NCBI GenBank assembly: GCA_964631835.1
Contig: CAZWAD010000016.1
Location: 8,297 to 72,296 of the forward strand
Length of the DNA stretch: 64,000 nt
Direction: 5' to 3'
DNA from: an uncultured Chitinophaga sp.
GTDB lineage: Bacteria; Bacteroidota; Bacteroidia; Chitinophagales; LD1
A program made the translations under genes and the position numbers. Numbering within the stretch: position 1 is the stretch's first letter; each line of letters starts with the position of its first letter. The notes beneath the pieces are model-generated. The model did no database searches. It saw only the letters and a list, made by a program, of their open reading frames with translations, and had not been told where the DNA came from. Below are positions 45,801 to 55,840 of the stretch, piece by piece.

Positions 45801-48082
45801 TAATAATCGGTTTTAATGATCCTGTTGCGATGATTTCTTCCTGTTCTTTTATCACGAGCCGATAAAAGATAAATTCCGTTTTGGAGGTTGCTGATATTCA
45901 TTTGCCCTGTTACCTCATCTTCGTATTTCACGATTTGACCCAACATATTGGTAAGCAAAACTTCAAAGGAAGAACCGTTGTCAGTCGCCTTGAAATTAAT
46001 AACCCCTGAAGTTGGATTAGGGAAAATACTCAAGGCGTCTTCTTGTTTTATCAAATCAATACCAGATGATGAGCCTCCCCAGAAATCAGTATCGAAAATC
46101 AAACGAATCATGGGTGAACCTGCCGGGATAATTGTAGAAGCTTTCCATGTAGCATTCGAGAAATAGAACATGTGAGGTTTGCCAAGCGTACTATTCAAAT
46201 CATAACCGATTTGCAATCTTCTGTCATCGGTTTGCGACCAGCCGAAATAAATTTTTCCGGAAATGATTATTGGCGAATCCAATTTATAGGTGGCAAATCC
46301 ACTTACCGAATCAACATAAAACGGAGTTCTATTCACCAATGAATAAATAACCTGAGAGTCATCAACAAAACTCAAATCACTCAGTCGAAGCGAATCCCAC
46401 GCATAAAAACTAAAAACCAGGTTGCTGACATTGTCATCTACCTGTGCAAAATGAATCTGAAATGCGGAAAGTGTATCCGGTTGGTTCAGATTAAATTCAT
46501 AAGCAAACTTTTTAAGCCCTAAGCCAACAATACCATAAGATTTTTCGGCAGTGCCATCGTCATAAGCCATTACCGAGTTGAAATTCTGCACGTGATACAA
46601 AGTGTCATTCTGGGGTCGGCTGTCAAATGGGTCAATAAAAACCTTTGACCGGATGACCAAACTATCGAATGGTCCTGACGGTACGGAATAATCTGCCGAA
46701 GGATTCACCTGAATAAAACTATAGCTGCCGGCATTAAAAGTTTGCAGTACATCCGCAGCAACAGATGAACTGCCTGGATACAACTCCATAGCACTTTTGG
46801 TAAAATTCGTTGCCGGGGGGTTGTTATCCGCATTTGGGTCTAAGTTGTGAACTGTCAGCAAGAAACTATCTCTCAAATCTGAGGAGTGGTTAAACTGGTC
46901 TGCAGGCATTTGAGTAAAGTTTTTCAGTATGGTTGGGAAAGGATAAACGAAAGCTATCTCCTGAATAATGGTATCGGCAAAACTCCGGTTCTTATCCAGC
47001 TTCACATAATCAATGTGCCAATGGTCGTTGTTGCCGTATAACGAAGCTTTGTTTCTGAAACGAAACTGGAAGGTATTATGAAAATAAGTAAGCGGAAAAG
47101 ACAGCGAAGGAACCTGAACCAGTACCTGCTTGAATTTCTGCGGAACAAAACTGATATGCGAATAGCCCGTGTCGCTCCAAACCATTCGCCAAACGCCTGC
47201 ATTATCTTTAAACTCTAACAGCAGAGAATCGTCTTTATCCGGATAATCTCCCAAACCTGCAGCTTCGTAAAAAAAGCTGAGATATACATTACTGTCTGAA
47301 GAAAGAGCGGACATATCAATAGGGAGCGAGGTAAGATAGTCTGCTGTGCCATATGTTGTGGTACTTGAGTTATTGTAAGGCAAGCCGTATTCATTCAAGC
47401 CATCAAGCGTAGCCACGCCTATGGTAGGGGGGTTTACAGGATATGTATAGTTGTGATACGCATAATTATCGAACCATAGTTTTCCCGGTTCGGCTGCGGC
47501 AAAATATACTACCGGTGCATAGTCAACTGTAGTTGTATTCAAAGTAACCAAAGTTGAATCACGTTTTGTACCTGTAGCCGTATCAAACGTATAGGTATAA
47601 TACTGGTTCCAATAAGTAAAAGTTTGCGGGGTTTGAGCAAAACATCCGGATGGAGCCGGTCCAAAAAAAGTGAACATAATAGGTGCCTGCGCCACTGAAT
47701 CAATGCGAATATTGTTTGTGTCAAAAGTGTAATCCCAAGCCTGAGCCGTTGAGAAAGTATCTTTAATTGTTTTCACCCCTTCAGTGCCCAAACATGTACC
47801 GAATACATTGGTATAAGTAGCCGTAATGTTATTTTCAAGCCATTTATAGCCTCGCAGGGTATTCTTCGAAAAATCATCAACAAACGGAAGTTTGAGGGTA
47901 TCAGTAGAAACTATAGTTATACCCGCATCAACCAAATAGCGCTGACCATTACCGGAATTCTGAAACTTTTTAGTAGAATAATATAAAGCAGGATTGAAGT
48001 CCAAATCGTTCAGTTCTTCATGTTGGGCAAAAACAAGCACGAAGCAAGGAAGCATAAAACAGAATAGACAGAAATACTTCAT
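45800..48082 (-). CDS. T9SS type A sorting domain-containing protein
   Basis: Signal peptide, GVATLDGL, DHWHIDYV, C-terminal IFPNPTSG...NLQNGIYLL. Confidence 0.85.
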   Translation of the reverse strand: MKYFCLFCFMLPCFVLVFAQHEELNDLDFNPALYYSTKKFQNSGNGQRYLVDAGITIVSTDTLKLPFVDDFSKNTLRGYKWLENNITATYTNVFGTCLGTEGVKTIKDTFSTAQAWDYTFDTNNIRIDSVAQAPIMFTFFGPAPSGCFAQTPQTFTYWNQYYTYTFDTATGTKRDSTLVTLNTTTVDYAPVVYFAAAEPGKLWFDNYAYHNYTYPVNPPTIGVATLDGLNEYGLPYNNSSTTTYGTADYLTSLPIDMSALSSDSNVYLSFFYEAAGLGDYPDKDDSLLLEFKDNAGVWRMVWSDTGYSHISFVPQKFKQVLVQVPSLSFPLTYFHNTFQFRFRNKASLYGNNDHWHIDYVKLDKNRSFADTIIQEIAFVYPFPTILKNFTQMPADQFNHSSDLRDSFLLTVHNLDPNADNNPPATNFTKSAMELYPGSSSVAADVLQTFNAGSYSFIQVNPSADYSVPSGPFDSLVIRSKVFIDPFDSRPQNDTLYHVQNFNSVMAYDDGTAEKSYGIVGLGLKKFAYEFNLNQPDTLSAFQIHFAQVDDNVSNLVFSFYAWDSLRLSDLSFVDDSQVIYSLVNRTPFYVDSVSGFATYKLDSPIIISGKIYFGWSQTDDRRLQIGYDLNSTLGKPHMFYFSNATWKASTIIPAGSPMIRLIFDTDFWGGSSSGIDLIKQEDALSIFPNPTSGVINFKATDNGSSFEVLLTNMLGQIVKYEDEVTGQMNISNLQNGIYLLSARDKRTGRNHRNRIIKTDY

Positions 48083-48122
48083 AACAACTTTTACAATTCA
48101 GCTAAACGTCAATAATTCAATT

Positions 48123-48950
48123 TTATTCTTCGGGGATCGAATCATTATCATGATATAAAGACGGGTCAACAATAATACCAGCGGGTAGTTCCTTAGCCAC
48201 AAACAAATCAACCGGCTCGCCCATGCGGATAGAGTCTGTAGCGTTATAAGGCGGAATCTGCCTGTAAACAACAGCACCCGCGGTGTCGGTTACTCCTTCC
48301 TCAGCTATTATTGCACCAATATTCAGCGAATAACCCTTGAGTTTAAACTCCGCATCGTCAAGGCGCAAACCGATTAAATAAGGTATCGCGGTTTTTCCTC
48401 CACCCAACCCATCGCCAAGAACAAGAGTCACTTCAGTTCCTTTCGGTACTTTCATTTTGCGGGTTACATTCCTACCATCCACCATCATTCCGATTACCGC
48501 ATACAGATGCGGATCGGGGCGGTAAACCGGTTCACCGAGTTTCAAACCATAACTCTCCAACTGCATTTTTGCGTACTTGAATGAACTTCTTCCTATTAAA
48601 TCAGGAATTTCGACTGCCGGAGCTGTGGTCGCATTCAGCGTGAGATAAATGGTTCTTCCTTCTTTCACCCCCGAATTAGGTTTGGGGTTCTGGTCCACAA
48701 TAGAGAGAGGAGGTTTTTTCATGTCGTAAACGGAATCCATTATTTGCCATTCGAGGTTCTTTTCCGATAAAATTTCGGTGACTTGTTCCATACTTTTCCC
48801 CCGCAAATCAGGAACGGCAATACTTTCCCCGTGCCGGGTATATGATTTAAGCCCCGCCTGAACAATGAGCAGCAACCCGGTCACAACACCGATAGCAATC
48901 AGAATGTTATAGAGGAGAACTTTATTGAAATACTTTTTAAACAAGACCAA
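48123..48950 (-). CDS. PASTA domain-containing protein
   Basis: N-terminal TM and repeated VPDLRG / IPDLIG / IPYLIG modules with QNPKP...VKEGRTIYL. Confidence 0.9.
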   Translation of the reverse strand: MVLFKKYFNKVLLYNILIAIGVVTGLLLIVQAGLKSYTRHGESIAVPDLRGKSMEQVTEILSEKNLEWQIMDSVYDMKKPPLSIVDQNPKPNSGVKEGRTIYLTLNATTAPAVEIPDLIGRSSFKYAKMQLESYGLKLGEPVYRPDPHLYAVIGMMVDGRNVTRKMKVPKGTEVTLVLGDGLGGGKTAIPYLIGLRLDDAEFKLKGYSLNIGAIIAEEGVTDTAGAVVYRQIPPYNATDSIRMGEPVDLFVAKELPAGIIVDPSLYHDNDSIPEE

Positions 48951-48973
48951 AATTTGCTGTGCGAAAATAAGAT

Positions 48974-49969
48974 TTACTGCTTTTCTCTGCCTGCCTCCAC
49001 CGTGGTTCTTAACGCTTCTTGTATCGAAATGTCAAACAATCTTTCCAGCGAAATACCCATCGCACGCGCCTGTTGAGGCACAATGCTTTCTTCGCTTAAA
49101 CCGGGAACAGCATTCACTTCAAGCATAAAATATTCATCATCACGAATGATGTAGTCAGTCCTGCACATGCCTTTAAAATCAAGCTTGCGGTAAATAAACT
49201 CCGAGGTTTGCTGAATTTTTTTTGCCAGCTCAAAATTAATTTCGGCAGGAGTAACTTCCTGAGAGTTGCCTTCGTACTTCGCTTTATAATCAAAGAACTC
49301 ACTCTTACTCCTGATTTCGGTAAGCGGAAGAGCTGTTACCTTTCCATCCATTGTTATTACACCGCAAGTTACTTCTGTTCCATCGATAAATTCTTCAACT
49401 AAAACTTCATCGTCATATTTGAAAGCGTTATCAATTGCCGGTTGCAAATCTTCCGACTTTGAGACTTTTGAGGCTCCGTAGCTCGAACCGTTTTTATTGG
49501 GTTTTACAAAAACAGGAAACGGAATTTGCGACTTGTGACTTGTAGTTTGCCCCTTGTAAAGCAACTCTGCCTTAGCTGTTTTAATTCCGAATTGCTGAAG
49601 ATATTCCTTACAGCGCAGTTTGTCGAAAGTGAGAGATGCCTGTAAAACACCGCATGCGTTGTAAGGTATTTTCAATATATCGAAGTATCCCTGTAGTTTA
49701 CCATCGTCAGCAGGTGTGCCGTGAAGAGCCATAAACACGCAGTCGAAATTTACCTTATGACCTTGAACGGTAAAACTGAAATCGTTCTTGTCAATCTTCA
49801 GTTGCACAGGATGGTCCCTTTCCACCAGCCACTCGTTACCTTCAATAATGATTTTGAAAACGTTGTATTTGTCTTTACTGAGATGTTTACAAACTACCTC
49901 AGCGCTTTTGAGCGAAATGCCCCGCTCACTGGCTTCGCCCCCGGTGATGACAGCTATGTTCCTTTTCAT
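48974..49969 (-). CDS. ddl: D-alanine--D-alanine ligase
   Basis: IAVITGGEASER, ALHGTPADDGKLQG, VFVKPN..GSSYG, FFDYKAKY, LEVNAVPGL. Start at MKRNIA (49969). Confidence 0.95.
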   Translation of the reverse strand: MKRNIAVITGGEASERGISLKSAEVVCKHLSKDKYNVFKIIIEGNEWLVERDHPVQLKIDKNDFSFTVQGHKVNFDCVFMALHGTPADDGKLQGYFDILKIPYNACGVLQASLTFDKLRCKEYLQQFGIKTAKAELLYKGQTTSHKSQIPFPVFVKPNKNGSSYGASKVSKSEDLQPAIDNAFKYDDEVLVEEFIDGTEVTCGVITMDGKVTALPLTEIRSKSEFFDYKAKYEGNSQEVTPAEINFELAKKIQQTSEFIYRKLDFKGMCRTDYIIRDDEYFMLEVNAVPGLSEESIVPQQARAMGISLERLFDISIQEALRTTVEAGREKQ

Positions 49970-50070
49970 AGATGAATTGATAACGCTAAAGAATCTTTTT
50001 ATTCTGTGGTTGCTGCCGGTTTCTTTCAACAAACCGAACAATTCTATTTTCGTGCCGCGAAAGTTGGACA

Positions 50071-51078
50071 ATGAAACAAATTGTATACCTGGCAGAACTT
50101 GGCAGGCGATTAAAATCTTCTTCGGAACTTCAGGAAAGGATAAAAATTGCTGAAGAAAAGAATCCATGGTTTGTTGAATCATTCGCTAATCATGCTTTCA
50201 ACTCTATCATTCATGAGATGCTTAGCGAAAAAAACCTGGAAGAATGGCTCAGGAATTATCCGCTGAAGCAAGTTTCAAATAAAACCATCGGGTTAATTTT
50301 TGCCGGCAACATTCCCTTAGTTGGTTTTCATGACTTTTTATGCTGTTATACAGCAGGCTTCAAAATGAAAATCAAACTTTCATCCAAAGATGATGCGTTG
50401 TTCCCTTTTGTTTTTAATACTCTTTGTGAAATTGACACAAAGCTGATAAATAAAGTTGAAATTGTAGATAAGTTCAAAGACTTTGATGCAGTGATAGCCA
50501 CGGGCAGCAACAACACCAACAGGTACTTTGAATATTATTTCCGCGATTATCCGAAGATCCTCCGGAAGAACAGAAACTCGGTTGCTGTACTTAAGGGTGA
50601 AGAAACCGAAGAAGAATTAGACCAGTTAGCAGACGATGTTTTCCTCTACTTTGGTTTCGGCTGCCGCAATGTTTCTAAACTGTATATACCGGTGGGTTAT
50701 GACACTACTCGTCTTTTCCATCATTTTGAGAAAAAGTACAAATGGCTGCACGGACATACCAAGTACATGCATAACTACGACTACAACCGAGCCATACTTC
50801 TGCTCAATAAAACTCCTCATTATGCCAACGAATTCGTAATGCTCGTTGAAAACGCTTCCATACCCTCACCTATTTCCAGCCTTTATTACGAATTCTGGCA
50901 TGATAAAAATGTGTTAAACACTCACTTACAACAGAACGCTGAAAAAATTCAGTGCGTGGTTTCAAAAACAACACTCACAGGAATTACATCGGTAAAATTT
51001 GGCGAATCACAACAGCCTAAGTTGGGCGATTATGCCGATGGGAAAGATACGCTCAAATTCCTTCTTAAACTTTATTAG
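50071..51078 (+). CDS. Acyl-CoA reductase (LuxC family)
   Basis: IFAGNIPLVGFHD, AVIATGSNN, FLYFGFGCRNVSK, FGESQQPKL.DYADG.DT. Confidence 0.9.
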   Translation: MKQIVYLAELGRRLKSSSELQERIKIAEEKNPWFVESFANHAFNSIIHEMLSEKNLEEWLRNYPLKQVSNKTIGLIFAGNIPLVGFHDFLCCYTAGFKMKIKLSSKDDALFPFVFNTLCEIDTKLINKVEIVDKFKDFDAVIATGSNNTNRYFEYYFRDYPKILRKNRNSVAVLKGEETEEELDQLADDVFLYFGFGCRNVSKLYIPVGYDTTRLFHHFEKKYKWLHGHTKYMHNYDYNRAILLLNKTPHYANEFVMLVENASIPSPISSLYYEFWHDKNVLNTHLQQNAEKIQCVVSKTTLTGITSVKFGESQQPKLGDYADGKDTLKFLLKLY

Positions 51079-51123
51079 TTCAACTGAACAGGAATAGGGC
51101 AATCAGGTGAACAGCTTACCTGT

Positions 51124-52785
51124 TTATTTTACTACAACTATCTTTTGAAGGAATACCGCTGCCGGTGTAGAAACTTTCACAAAATAAAAGCCCGATGGTA
51201 AGTCTTCATTAGTAATATCCATTGCCAATGCATGGCTTCCTTCGTGCAGTACGCCCTCGAATACAGATTTAACTTTATCCCCTGAACTATTATAAAGCTC
51301 TGCTATGGTTTTACCCGCATTTGCAACGGTAAACCGGAGATTAAATAATTCGCTGCCCGGGTTTGGAAAGATAAAAAGCGAGGGGCTCTCCTTTTCAGTT
51401 TCGCGAATGGAAGATGGCATTTCGGAAGTATAGGAAAAGTAGGTTACAAACATTTCTTCTTTAGTTGTTAAGCCGAATCCTACCGTGTCAGGCCCGCTAT
51501 TTACCCAGGTGGCTTCAAAAATGAGACCGTTGTTCATGTCCACTTCAAGCATAGGGTCGAAAGTTCGTACAGCTGGGTGGGCGTAATCGTAATAGCCTTG
51601 GTTGAAAGAATAATCCGAATTAAAAAAGCCTTCGTAGATCTGTGTTCCTTTAGTGCCATCGGGATTTCTTAAAAACATATCATAATCAGTACCTAAAGCG
51701 TGAGTATGTGATTGAATATTCCATATATATCTAACTTCGCCCGGAACAACAAGATGTTCCTGTAAGGTATAGGGCATTCCTGTATTAGGTATTTGCAAAA
51801 TAAAAGGGTTCAATCCGCCATAAGGAGCAAGACCTGTCTTCATTTCCACAGCTCCGGATCCCCTCGGCTGAGTATAAACATTCAGATAAGCTACAGCGGC
51901 AATGATAGAGTCTGCGCTGTAATTTGCCACATGAAGGTTAAGTAAAAAGGCTTCGGCTGAATCCTGAAAGTGTGCAGTGCCTTCAGGCAAGCTCAGTTCA
52001 TCGCTAAACTGCCAAATAGCCATAAAGCTGGTATGCTGATAAACCAGAATTTGCGCTTGTATGTTGGCTCCTTCCATAGGCTCAGCTCCGAATGCAGCTT
52101 CTCCTGCGGCTGTTAAACTTCTTAAAACCCAGTGATGCGACATGGCAGGCAAAACCGACCTGAGTGTAGTTATTTCTTTATCGGTTTGTAAACGTGGGTT
52201 GTAAGCCTGGAAATATTCAAACTCACCATTCGGCTCAAGAAAAACCGGCCCGAACTTAACCTGAAATCCTTCCTTTCCCTCTTGCCCGGGAGTTATCGGA
52301 GCAGGAATTTCTGCTACCCCTAAACCGTTATAATAGTCGTGGATGAGGTGGGAGTTAAATGCCACACCGGTATCTTTTGCTCCCCATATTATCCATTGCC
52401 GGATTAGCTCCTGCTCTTCTTTTGACAAAGCTGCCTGATTTCCCGGCATTGAGCCACCTTCACCTGCAGCTAAAGTATTCTGACTATCGAGCCCCTGATT
52501 TACCTTTTTCATCAAAAAACTGCGGAAAGGATAGCCGGGTTCAACCAATTTAAAATTTTTGGCTGCGGCTGTTGGATTCGTGGGTGCAATATTTATAAGG
52601 CGAGTATATACGTCATTCAAACTTCCGGATAAATCAAGGTTTCCAGAGGGGTTAGTTCCGCTATGACACGAAGGGGTACATTTCGTTTGAAAGACCGCAT
52701 GAACCTGACCGAAAGTGCTTTGAGCGGATGCCGAAAGGTGATTAAATAGTAATAAACCAATAGTGTAAAAAAAATACTTTCTCAT
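51124..52785 (-). CDS. T9SS-secreted protein: heme-c-like N-domain, copper type II ascorbate-dependent monooxygenase (PHM/DBH)-like domain, and CTD
   Basis: CTPSCH; SHHW, NLHVAN, QSHTHALG and KEEMF; C-terminal IFPNPG...LPSGFYFV. Start at MRKYFF. Confidence 0.75.
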   Translation of the reverse strand: MRKYFFYTIGLLLFNHLSASAQSTFGQVHAVFQTKCTPSCHSGTNPSGNLDLSGSLNDVYTRLINIAPTNPTAAAKNFKLVEPGYPFRSFLMKKVNQGLDSQNTLAAGEGGSMPGNQAALSKEEQELIRQWIIWGAKDTGVAFNSHLIHDYYNGLGVAEIPAPITPGQEGKEGFQVKFGPVFLEPNGEFEYFQAYNPRLQTDKEITTLRSVLPAMSHHWVLRSLTAAGEAAFGAEPMEGANIQAQILVYQHTSFMAIWQFSDELSLPEGTAHFQDSAEAFLLNLHVANYSADSIIAAVAYLNVYTQPRGSGAVEMKTGLAPYGGLNPFILQIPNTGMPYTLQEHLVVPGEVRYIWNIQSHTHALGTDYDMFLRNPDGTKGTQIYEGFFNSDYSFNQGYYDYAHPAVRTFDPMLEVDMNNGLIFEATWVNSGPDTVGFGLTTKEEMFVTYFSYTSEMPSSIRETEKESPSLFIFPNPGSELFNLRFTVANAGKTIAELYNSSGDKVKSVFEGVLHEGSHALAMDITNEDLPSGFYFVKVSTPAAVFLQKIVVVK

Positions 52786-53062
52786 GTTAACTATAAATTG
52801 GATGAATAAAACCGGCTGAAAAAAATACTGAAACCGGCACAAAAATGCATCAACCTGTGAACAAAAAAAACTTTTTGCGATAAAATATTAAAAAAAAATA
52901 TTAAGCAAAATTTTCGCTGCGGCACTGATGAGATTTGCGATTTTTTCGCTGAAAAATTCTTCTTCCAATTTTGTTTCGCACAGTGAATTTTTTTATAAAA
53001 TAGAGTCTTTCTGCTATTCGTGGAAAGATGTATAAGTTTTGTTTTCTTCGTGCAATTGCCGA

Positions 53063-53542
53063 ATGGATAAAAACTCTTTACTCGAAAAGCTGAACAAATT
53101 CTCCCCTAAATGGCTGAGGAAAGCTGACCCGTCATTACCTGTTGTTGATATTCTTCAACAAACGATTCAAAAGGTTTTGCCGGGCTTGCTTCATATTCAG
53201 ATTGAATTACTTGACACCGAGAAAATAATCGGCACAGTTCCCTATCGTCACGATACGGCAAATGTGGTGGGCTACATGCACGGGGGAACCATCTTTACTG
53301 CAGGCGATACCTTATCGGGAACTTTCCTTTGGGCAAACGGTGAACCCAACCAGTATGCGGTAACCATGCGGTCAGAAATAAAATACCTGAAGCCTGTGAA
53401 AGAAGGGCTGCTGCGCTGCACTGTTACCGAAAAATCGCGCAGAGGAAAAACGGTTACTCTTGAAGCGGTTTTTGAAAATGAGCAGAATCAAACTATGGCT
53501 CTAATGACTGTTGATTACGCACTGATGTACGAGACAATTTAA
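53063..53542 (+). CDS. PaaI/hotdog-fold thioesterase
   Basis: NVVGYMHGGTIFTAGD, SEIKYLKP. Confidence 0.85.
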   Translation: MDKNSLLEKLNKFSPKWLRKADPSLPVVDILQQTIQKVLPGLLHIQIELLDTEKIIGTVPYRHDTANVVGYMHGGTIFTAGDTLSGTFLWANGEPNQYAVTMRSEIKYLKPVKEGLLRCTVTEKSRRGKTVTLEAVFENEQNQTMALMTVDYALMYETI

Positions 53543-54096
53543 GGCTTCGTTAGAGTTATTCTTTTTACAGGCACGTTCAGCAAGACCGATATCTTAGTGC
53601 CTACCAGTTTCCCGTTTCCCAAGCCGAATTCTTCGCGGTCGATGGTAAAACCGCCTTTCATTACACCGATGTTTCCTTTACGGTCGAACCGGAATGGAAT
53701 AATTACGGGTTTGATGACGCCCTTGAGAGTTAACTCGCCTGCCGCTTCATAACGGCTTCCGGTTTTTGATATATGTTTCGAGCGGAAACTGATACTGGGA
53801 TATTTCTCCGTATTAAACCAAACTTCCTGGCTTTTCAAATCATTGTCACGTAGCTTGATTCCGGTTTGAATGGTGTTTACATCTACGCTCGCTGAAACGG
53901 AAGATGCGCGTAAATTATTCTCATCGAAAATAATTTCCGCTTTCAGCCCCGATAAACTTCCGTCCACTTCGCCAAAGGGTCCGTCTACCTTGAATGTAAT
54001 CTGCGCTTTTTCAGGAACAGCCTGCCAATTGGTAACTGCTGCAAACGCTGTAAGTAATACCAGCGAAATCAATCCTATGATTATTCTGAGTTTCAT
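53539..54096 (-). CDS. YceI family protein
   Basis: SINTG-like TIQTGIKLRDNDL, WFNTEKYPSISF, GELTLKGV. Confidence 0.9.
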   Translation of the reverse strand: MKLRIIIGLISLVLLTAFAAVTNWQAVPEKAQITFKVDGPFGEVDGSLSGLKAEIIFDENNLRASSVSASVDVNTIQTGIKLRDNDLKSQEVWFNTEKYPSISFRSKHISKTGSRYEAAGELTLKGVIKPVIIPFRFDRKGNIGVMKGGFTIDREEFGLGNGKLVGTKISVLLNVPVKRITLTKP

Positions 54097-54305
54097 ATCG
54101 CACAAGGATTGTGTTCTCTTATTTAACGCGGGATATAAAAAGTAGTATGAACAAAGTGTGCTCTTTAGCGGGTTGTTTATTCTGTTTTTTACCTGTTTTT
54201 ATCATACTTAAATCTTACAGCCTCCGTTAATTAGATATATGGAAGATGAACTTTTACATTACCGGACAACTATGAATTTTTTATTAACCACAAAATTTCA
54301 TTTTT

Positions 54306-55094
54306 ATGTACAAGCAACTTTCAATCCTTATAATGAGCGCGGTCATAGGCACAGCGCTTCATTCACAAACTGCTCAAAAAGAAACACCGGCTAAACCCGC
54401 TGTTAAAGAATTCCCGAAATATGAATTCGGGATTCACGGAGCGCCATCATATTCCATATTCTTTAATGAACATCCGGCACAGAGTCCGCGCAATCCTCAG
54501 CGCCCGGTATTTGCGGGAGGTATGCTGGGCTTTTCGTTTCAGTATAATTTTCAGCGCATGTCGGGTTTGCGCGTTGAAGCCAACTACGAGCGCAAGGGCG
54601 ATATATGGTACAACACTTCTTCGTGGAACAGCCGCAGGGAGTTTTCCCGCAGCTATGCTTCGGACCGAATCAGTTATATTACAGTTCCGGTATTGTACCG
54701 CGCCAGCTTTGGAAAAAGCATACGATTTTTTGTAAACGGTGGATTGTATGCGGCAATACGGATTAAGGCTGCGCGGTTTATGAACGACTTGCGTTATACC
54801 CCTGCTTCGGTGGCGGGAGATGCCGTAATTACCGAAAACAAATCAAAGACCGATATAACTGCCGACACCCGCCCGTTTGATGCCGGTGCAGTGGTGGGCT
54901 TGGGTGTTTCTTTCCCTGTCGGAAATATTGGCGCGCTAAGCCTCGAAGCCAGGAATAACACCGGCTTTGTAAACGTAAACGCCAATACCGGCTTGTATCA
55001 AAACAAGTTTTACAACAATTCCACCAATGTTATACTCGGGCTGTCGCTTTACCTCGACCGCTTTGCCAAAGCCGATGGCAAGCTGAAGATGTAA
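54306..55094 (+). CDS. Outer-membrane beta-barrel protein (PorT/OMP_b-brl-like)
   Basis: Signal peptide, NYERKG, YITVPVLYR, FDAGAVVGLG, alternating beta-strand pattern. Confidence 0.85.
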   Translation: MYKQLSILIMSAVIGTALHSQTAQKETPAKPAVKEFPKYEFGIHGAPSYSIFFNEHPAQSPRNPQRPVFAGGMLGFSFQYNFQRMSGLRVEANYERKGDIWYNTSSWNSRREFSRSYASDRISYITVPVLYRASFGKSIRFFVNGGLYAAIRIKAARFMNDLRYTPASVAGDAVITENKSKTDITADTRPFDAGAVVGLGVSFPVGNIGALSLEARNNTGFVNVNANTGLYQNKFYNNSTNVILGLSLYLDRFAKADGKLKM

Positions 55095-55118
55095 GCGCGG
55101 CAACTGCCGGTAAACTGT

Positions 55119-55733
55119 TCATCGAACAATAATTGAAACAGGAACAGATGTTGTACCGGGGTTTTGACGCCCTAAGGCATACACCCTCACCCAAACTGTA
55201 GTGGCGGGGGTGTATTCGCCTATTTCTTTTTGAATACTGGTGGTGCTGGTGCGCTGAATGCTTCCCGAAAAATCACTGTTCAGGGATGACTCTATAATAT
55301 AATTCACCGCACCGGCTGTTTTTGCCCATCGCACCTTCACCAATCCCGAAGCAGAGCCGTCACCCAGGCGCACATTCATCACCTGCTCAGGAGTAGCGGA
55401 ACCGGGAACACCCCTGCGCACCACATCAAAGCCGCTGCTCAGAATTTTCTCTTCATCGCCTGCCGAAGCCTGCTGCACATAGCCCGCAAGCTGAACAATT
55501 AAACCGAGCAGCTCTTTTCTGCGCATACGCATAATTGCAGCCTTGTCCTTATCCCTTCCCCGCGATTCGTTATAAGCAGTTTCAAGGGCATTGTTTGCCG
55601 ATGCCACATCACCCAAAGAAGGAACCGGTGAAGGATAATTAGGGTTACCGTTCATAGCACTTATGATTGCGCGGGTGCGCGCTACCTGTTCGGGAACTTT
55701 CAGCCTGTCGTACCCCATTTTAACTTTAGCCAT
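55119..55733 (-). CDS. Hypothetical protein with helical N-terminal domain and C-terminal fibronectin type III-like domain
   Basis: N-half AMNGNPNYPSPVPSLGDV...NALETAY...LAGYVQ...ILSSGFDV; C-half VKVRW..TAGAVNYIIE...VWVRVYAL...SVPVSIIV. No signal peptide evident. Confidence 0.85.
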   Translation of the reverse strand: MAKVKMGYDRLKVPEQVARTRAIISAMNGNPNYPSPVPSLGDVASANNALETAYNESRGRDKDKAAIMRMRRKELLGLIVQLAGYVQQASAGDEEKILSSGFDVVRRGVPGSATPEQVMNVRLGDGSASGLVKVRWAKTAGAVNYIIESSLNSDFSGSIQRTSTTSIQKEIGEYTPATTVWVRVYALGRQNPGTTSVPVSIIVR

Positions 55734-55840
55734 ATTATTTCATTTTGTTTTAGTGAATAAATAAATGCAAACGCAAAAATGCAGTGCTGCAACGCAATGG
55801 ATTTGCGCAGAGATTTTATCAATTGTTAAAGTGTTTGGAG

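Noticed and set aside
52874-52979. Repeated TTTCGC/TTTGCGA motifs as further operators of the aceB regulator
   Set aside because: Spacing differs from GCGAA-N2-TTCGC, and such motifs resemble ordinary Bacteroidota promoter elements in an AT-rich divergent region.
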